A stretch of 63,412 nucleotides of DNA, the filler included. It is 7 parts of 7 records of this genome, joined end to end, with 100 filler letters (N's around TTAATTAATTAA, not from the genome) between each part and the next. Parts side by side here need not be neighbours in the genome. Positions count along the whole stretch, not along the records: positions 57,284 to 63,412 come from DRR723986_7382; 6 more parts are not named here. One strand, given 5' to 3'. The notes beneath the pieces were generated by a model that saw only the letters and a list, made by a program, of their open reading frames with translations, searched no databases and was not told the origin of the DNA. The first letter of the stretch is position 1; every line of letters starts with the position of its first letter. A program made the position numbers and the translations under genes. Of the stretch, positions 60,335 to 63,412 are shown in pieces.

Positions 60335-61072
60335 ATGCGCCGCTGGCACGGTCTGCTCCTTCCCGCGCTTGCGGGCCTTCTGCTTCTGCCCGGCGCGGCG
60401 GGGGCCCAGTCCATCGCCATAGATCTGGGCGAGGGCGGCTCTGTCACGGCGACCTCGGTGCAGCTGATCGTCCTGATCACGCTGCTCAGCCTCGCGCCGG
60501 GCATCGCGATCATGGTGACCTGCTTCCCCTTCATGGTCACGGTGCTGGCGATCCTGCGGCAGGCGGTCGGCCTGCAACAGTCGCCGCCCAACATGCTGAT
60601 CGTCAGCCTTGCGCTCTTCCTGACCTATTTCGTGATGGAGCCGGTGTTCACCCAAGCCTGGGACAGCGGCGTGCAACCCCTGCTCAACGAAGAGATCGAG
60701 GTCGAAGAGGCGGCGCGGAACACGTTGGAGCCGTTCCGGGGGTTCATGGCGGGGCGGGTCGATCCGGACACCTACCGGGCCATGGCCGACCTGCGGCCCG
60801 ACGCCACCGGCACGACGCTGGCACCCGATGCGCCGCTGTCGATTCTCGTCCCCAGTTTCATGCTGTCAGAGATCGCGCGGGCCTTTCAGGTGGGATTCCT
60901 GATCTTCCTGCCCTTCCTGATCATCGACCTCGTGGTCGCCGCCGTCCTGATGTCCATGGGCATGATGATGGTCCCGCCCGCCATCGTCTCGCTGCCGTTC
61001 AAGCTTGCGTTCTTCGTCATCGCGGATGGATGGGCGCTGTTGGCGGGCAGCCTTGTGCGCGGGTATTTCTGA
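60335..61072 (+). CDS. fliP: Flagellar export gate protein FliP
   Basis: QQSPPN, PSFMLSE, FLIIDLVVA, MGMMMVPP, SLPFKL. Confidence 0.96.
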   Translation: MRRWHGLLLPALAGLLLLPGAAGAQSIAIDLGEGGSVTATSVQLIVLITLLSLAPGIAIMVTCFPFMVTVLAILRQAVGLQQSPPNMLIVSLALFLTYFVMEPVFTQAWDSGVQPLLNEEIEVEEAARNTLEPFRGFMAGRVDPDTYRAMADLRPDATGTTLAPDAPLSILVPSFMLSEIARAFQVGFLIFLPFLIIDLVVAAVLMSMGMMMVPPAIVSLPFKLAFFVIADGWALLAGSLVRGYF

Positions 61073-61120
61073 CCCGTCACGGGGGCGCGGGGTGGGGGCA
61101 CCCCGATCGCCGCCCGCGCA

Positions 61121-62071
61121 TCAGGACCGGGCGATCTCGATCGTGGTGCGCTGCCGATAGGGCCGGTCCGGCGTGCAGATCGTCGAGGGAAAGCCCGGCT
61201 GGTTCACCGCATCCGGAAAGTCCTGCGCTTCCAGGCAGAACCCCCCGAAGGCGGTGTGTTCGACCCCCGGCCAGGGCGTGCCATGCGGCACGAGGTACGT
61301 GCCGGTGTAGAATTGCAGCCCGGGCCGGTCGGTCCACAGACGCAGGCGCATGCCGTCCGGGGCCAGCGCCTCGGCGGCGGGGCCCGGGCCGTCGAGGACG
61401 AAGTTCAGATCGTAGCCGGCGGCCTCTGGGTCCGCGTCGCCCAGAGGCCGGGGCTCGCGAAAGTCGAACCGGGTCCCGGCGACGGGCAGGATCTCTCCGG
61501 TCGGGATGGAGGCCTCGTCCTTCGCCGTGTAGCGGGTCGCGCCGATGCGGAGGCGGTGATCGCGGATGTCGCCCTGTCCGGCGAGGTTGAAATAGAGATG
61601 CTGGCACAGGTTGACCGGGGTCGGGCGGTCCGGGTGCGCCTCCATCTCCCATGTGAGGGCCGCGCCATCGAGGGTCAGCCGGACGAAAACCTCCAGCGCG
61701 CCCGGGAAGCCCTGATCGAGATGGTCCGACGTCAGGCGAAAGGTGACGGCCCGCGGGCCTTCCGGTTCCATCCGCCAGAGCCGCTTGCCGAAGCCTTGGG
61801 GCCCGCCGTGGATCGTGTTCGGCTCGCTGTTGCGCGGCAGGTCCCAGGTTTCGCCGTTCAGTTCGAACCGCCCGCCCCCGATCCGGTTGGCCACGCGTCC
61901 GACCACCATGCCCATGCTCTTGGGGTTCGCGCGATACGCCTCCGCGTCCGCGTAGCCGAGGATCACGCGCCGCCCGCCGACCTGCCAGTCCTGCACACAG
62001 CAACCCAGCGACAGCACGCTGACCTCCGTCTCGCCATCCCTGAGGACATGCCGTTCGATCGTATCCGTCAT
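61121..62071 (-). CDS. galM: Aldose 1-epimerase (galactose mutarotase)
   Basis: GRVANRI, HGG, NLCQHLYFNL, QFYTG, CLEAQ. Confidence 0.92.
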   Translation of the reverse strand: MTDTIERHVLRDGETEVSVLSLGCCVQDWQVGGRRVILGYADAEAYRANPKSMGMVVGRVANRIGGGRFELNGETWDLPRNSEPNTIHGGPQGFGKRLWRMEPEGPRAVTFRLTSDHLDQGFPGALEVFVRLTLDGAALTWEMEAHPDRPTPVNLCQHLYFNLAGQGDIRDHRLRIGATRYTAKDEASIPTGEILPVAGTRFDFREPRPLGDADPEAAGYDLNFVLDGPGPAAEALAPDGMRLRLWTDRPGLQFYTGTYLVPHGTPWPGVEHTAFGGFCLEAQDFPDAVNQPGFPSTICTPDRPYRQRTTIEIARS

Positions 62072-62135
62072 GGTGTCCGCCTCCCTGAACGGTTTCGACC
62101 TACCAGAAGTCCGCGCGCGGGCATAGCCTGCGCGA

Positions 62136-63353
62136 ATGGAAAGCGATTCTCCCTTCGACAGCGGGTACAGCTGGCTGCGCCTCGGCCTGACGGGGCTGAT
62201 CGCGGTCATGGGCAACGTCGGCATGTGGGCGATCATCGTCATCCTGCCGGACGTACAGGCGGAATTCGGCTCTGGCCGGGCGGCGGCCTCGATGCCCTAT
62301 GTCTCGACCATGCTGGGGTTTGCCCTTGGCAACATGGTGATCGGCCGGGCGGTGGACCGCTTCGGCGTGACGGCGGCGCTGTGCGGGGCGGCGATGCTCA
62401 GCGCGGCGGGCTACGGTTTGGCGGCGCTGTCGCCGACGATGCCGGTGCTGACGCTGGTGCAATTGATCGTGGGCTTCGGAACGGCGGCGAGTTTCGGGCC
62501 GCTGATCGCGGACGTCAGCCAGTGGTTCCAGCGGCGGCGCGGCATCGCGGTCGGCATCGCGGCTTCGGGGAACTATCTCTCGGGGGCGCTTTGGCCGGTG
62601 CTGCTGGGCTGGCTGGCGGCGGATGCGGATTGGCGCACGATCTACGTCATCCTCGCGGTGCTGACGCTGCTCGTCATGCCGCCATTGGCGCAACTGCTGC
62701 GCCGACGGGTGCCGGAAGAGGCCATGGCGCAGGCCGAGGCCGTCTCGGGCAGCCGCGCCCGCGCCACGGGGTTCAGCCCGCGCCAGTTGCAGTGGATGCT
62801 GGGGCTGGCGGGTATCGGCTGCTGCGTGGCGATGTCCATGCCGCAGGTGCATATCGTGGCGCTGTGCGTGGACATGGGCTTTGGCGCGGCGGTCGGCGCC
62901 GAGATGCTTTCGCTGATGCTGATGGGGGGCGTGGTGTCGCGTCTTCTCTCGGGGGTTCTGGCGGATCGGCTGGGCGGCGTGCGCACCCTGCTGATCGGCT
63001 CGACCCTGCAGTGCCTCGCGCTGTTCCTCTACCTGCCTGCCGGGGGGTTGGTGAGCCTTTACGTCGTCAGCCTGGTCTTCGGTCTCAGTCAGGGCGGCAT
63101 CGTGCCGAGCTATGCGGTGATCGTGCGCGAGTACCTGCCCGCGCGGGAGGCTGGCGCGCGAGTCGGTTTCGTCATGATGATGACCATCGTCGGCATGGCG
63201 CTGGGCGGCTGGATGTCCGGGGCGATCTACGACTGGACCGGCAGCTATCAATGGGCCTTCGTCAACGGCATCGCGTGGAACGGGCTGAACCTTGCGATCA
63301 TGGTGGTGATCCTGACGCGCGGGGGCCGGGCGCGGGGGATGGTCGCGGCTTGA
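62136..63353 (+). CDS. MFS transporter
   Basis: About 12 TMs; GRAVDRFG and GVLADRLG motif A. Confidence 0.92.
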   Translation: MESDSPFDSGYSWLRLGLTGLIAVMGNVGMWAIIVILPDVQAEFGSGRAAASMPYVSTMLGFALGNMVIGRAVDRFGVTAALCGAAMLSAAGYGLAALSPTMPVLTLVQLIVGFGTAASFGPLIADVSQWFQRRRGIAVGIAASGNYLSGALWPVLLGWLAADADWRTIYVILAVLTLLVMPPLAQLLRRRVPEEAMAQAEAVSGSRARATGFSPRQLQWMLGLAGIGCCVAMSMPQVHIVALCVDMGFGAAVGAEMLSLMLMGGVVSRLLSGVLADRLGGVRTLLIGSTLQCLALFLYLPAGGLVSLYVVSLVFGLSQGGIVPSYAVIVREYLPAREAGARVGFVMMMTIVGMALGGWMSGAIYDWTGSYQWAFVNGIAWNGLNLAIMVVILTRGGRARGMVAA

Positions 63354-63356
63354 GGG

Positions 63357-63412
63357 AGGGGCGCTGCCCCTCGGCCTGCGGCCTCACCCCGGGATATTTC
63401 GGGACAGAAGAA
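63357..63412. repeat. Rhodobacteraceae-type intergenic repeat element (truncated at window end)
   Basis: GGGGGCGCTGCCCC...CCCCGGGATATTT...AGAAGAA pattern directly after the MFS stop; only one copy in the window. Confidence 0.55.

Noticed and set aside
57779-63251. Long alternative ORFs (330, 569, 308 and 383 aa) over fliF-fliP, galM and MFS
   Set aside because: Antisense or off-frame shadows of well-supported genes

Overview
This window is not one locus. It is seven unrelated contigs joined by artificial 100-nt linkers (N-run, TTAATTAATTAA, N-run), as in a concatenated marine metagenome or co-culture assembly. Taxon labels are inferred from gene order and protein style. (1) 1-8209, Roseobacter-like: tatABC, a WYL regulator with a partner gene, tungstate tupBCA (tupC has an in-frame TAG in its ABC signature) and an NMT1/THI5-type ABC importer. 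(2) 8310-23611, Roseibium/Labrenzia-like: leuS, yggS, an EF-hand gene, trkH, a TRAP transporter plus ICL-family lyase, exoD, ffh-chorismate mutase-rpsP-rimM-[antisense VanZ-like]-trmD-rplS, and leuC. (3) 23712-29573: maiA, a divergent FecR / CHASE2 adenylate cyclase pair and a peptide ABC ATPase. (4) 29674-36657, high-GC Rhodobacteraceae: uppS-cdsA-dxr-rseP-small protein-bamA-skp-fabZ. (5) 36758-50754, Roseobacter-like: a form II cox-like molybdoenzyme cluster with an inserted YeeE/YedE pair, then a glycosyltransferase/sulfotransferase operon and pyrC. (6) 50855-57183, Gammaproteobacteria (Marinobacter-like): purB-hflD-mnmA-nudJ-rluE-cspD-clpS-clpA. (7) 57284-63412, Rhodobacteraceae: fliL/fliF-fliH-fliN-fliP, galM and an MFS transporter. 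No CRISPR array, rRNA, tRNA, transposase or phage gene was seen. The best candidates for something undescribed are the triple-GT plus sulfotransferase glycan operon, the YeeE/YedE pair with two tandem SqrR-type operators inside the cox maturation cluster, the WYL module with a perfect operator, and a 43-aa membrane protein between rseP and bamA. All calls come from motif reading only; no searches were run.
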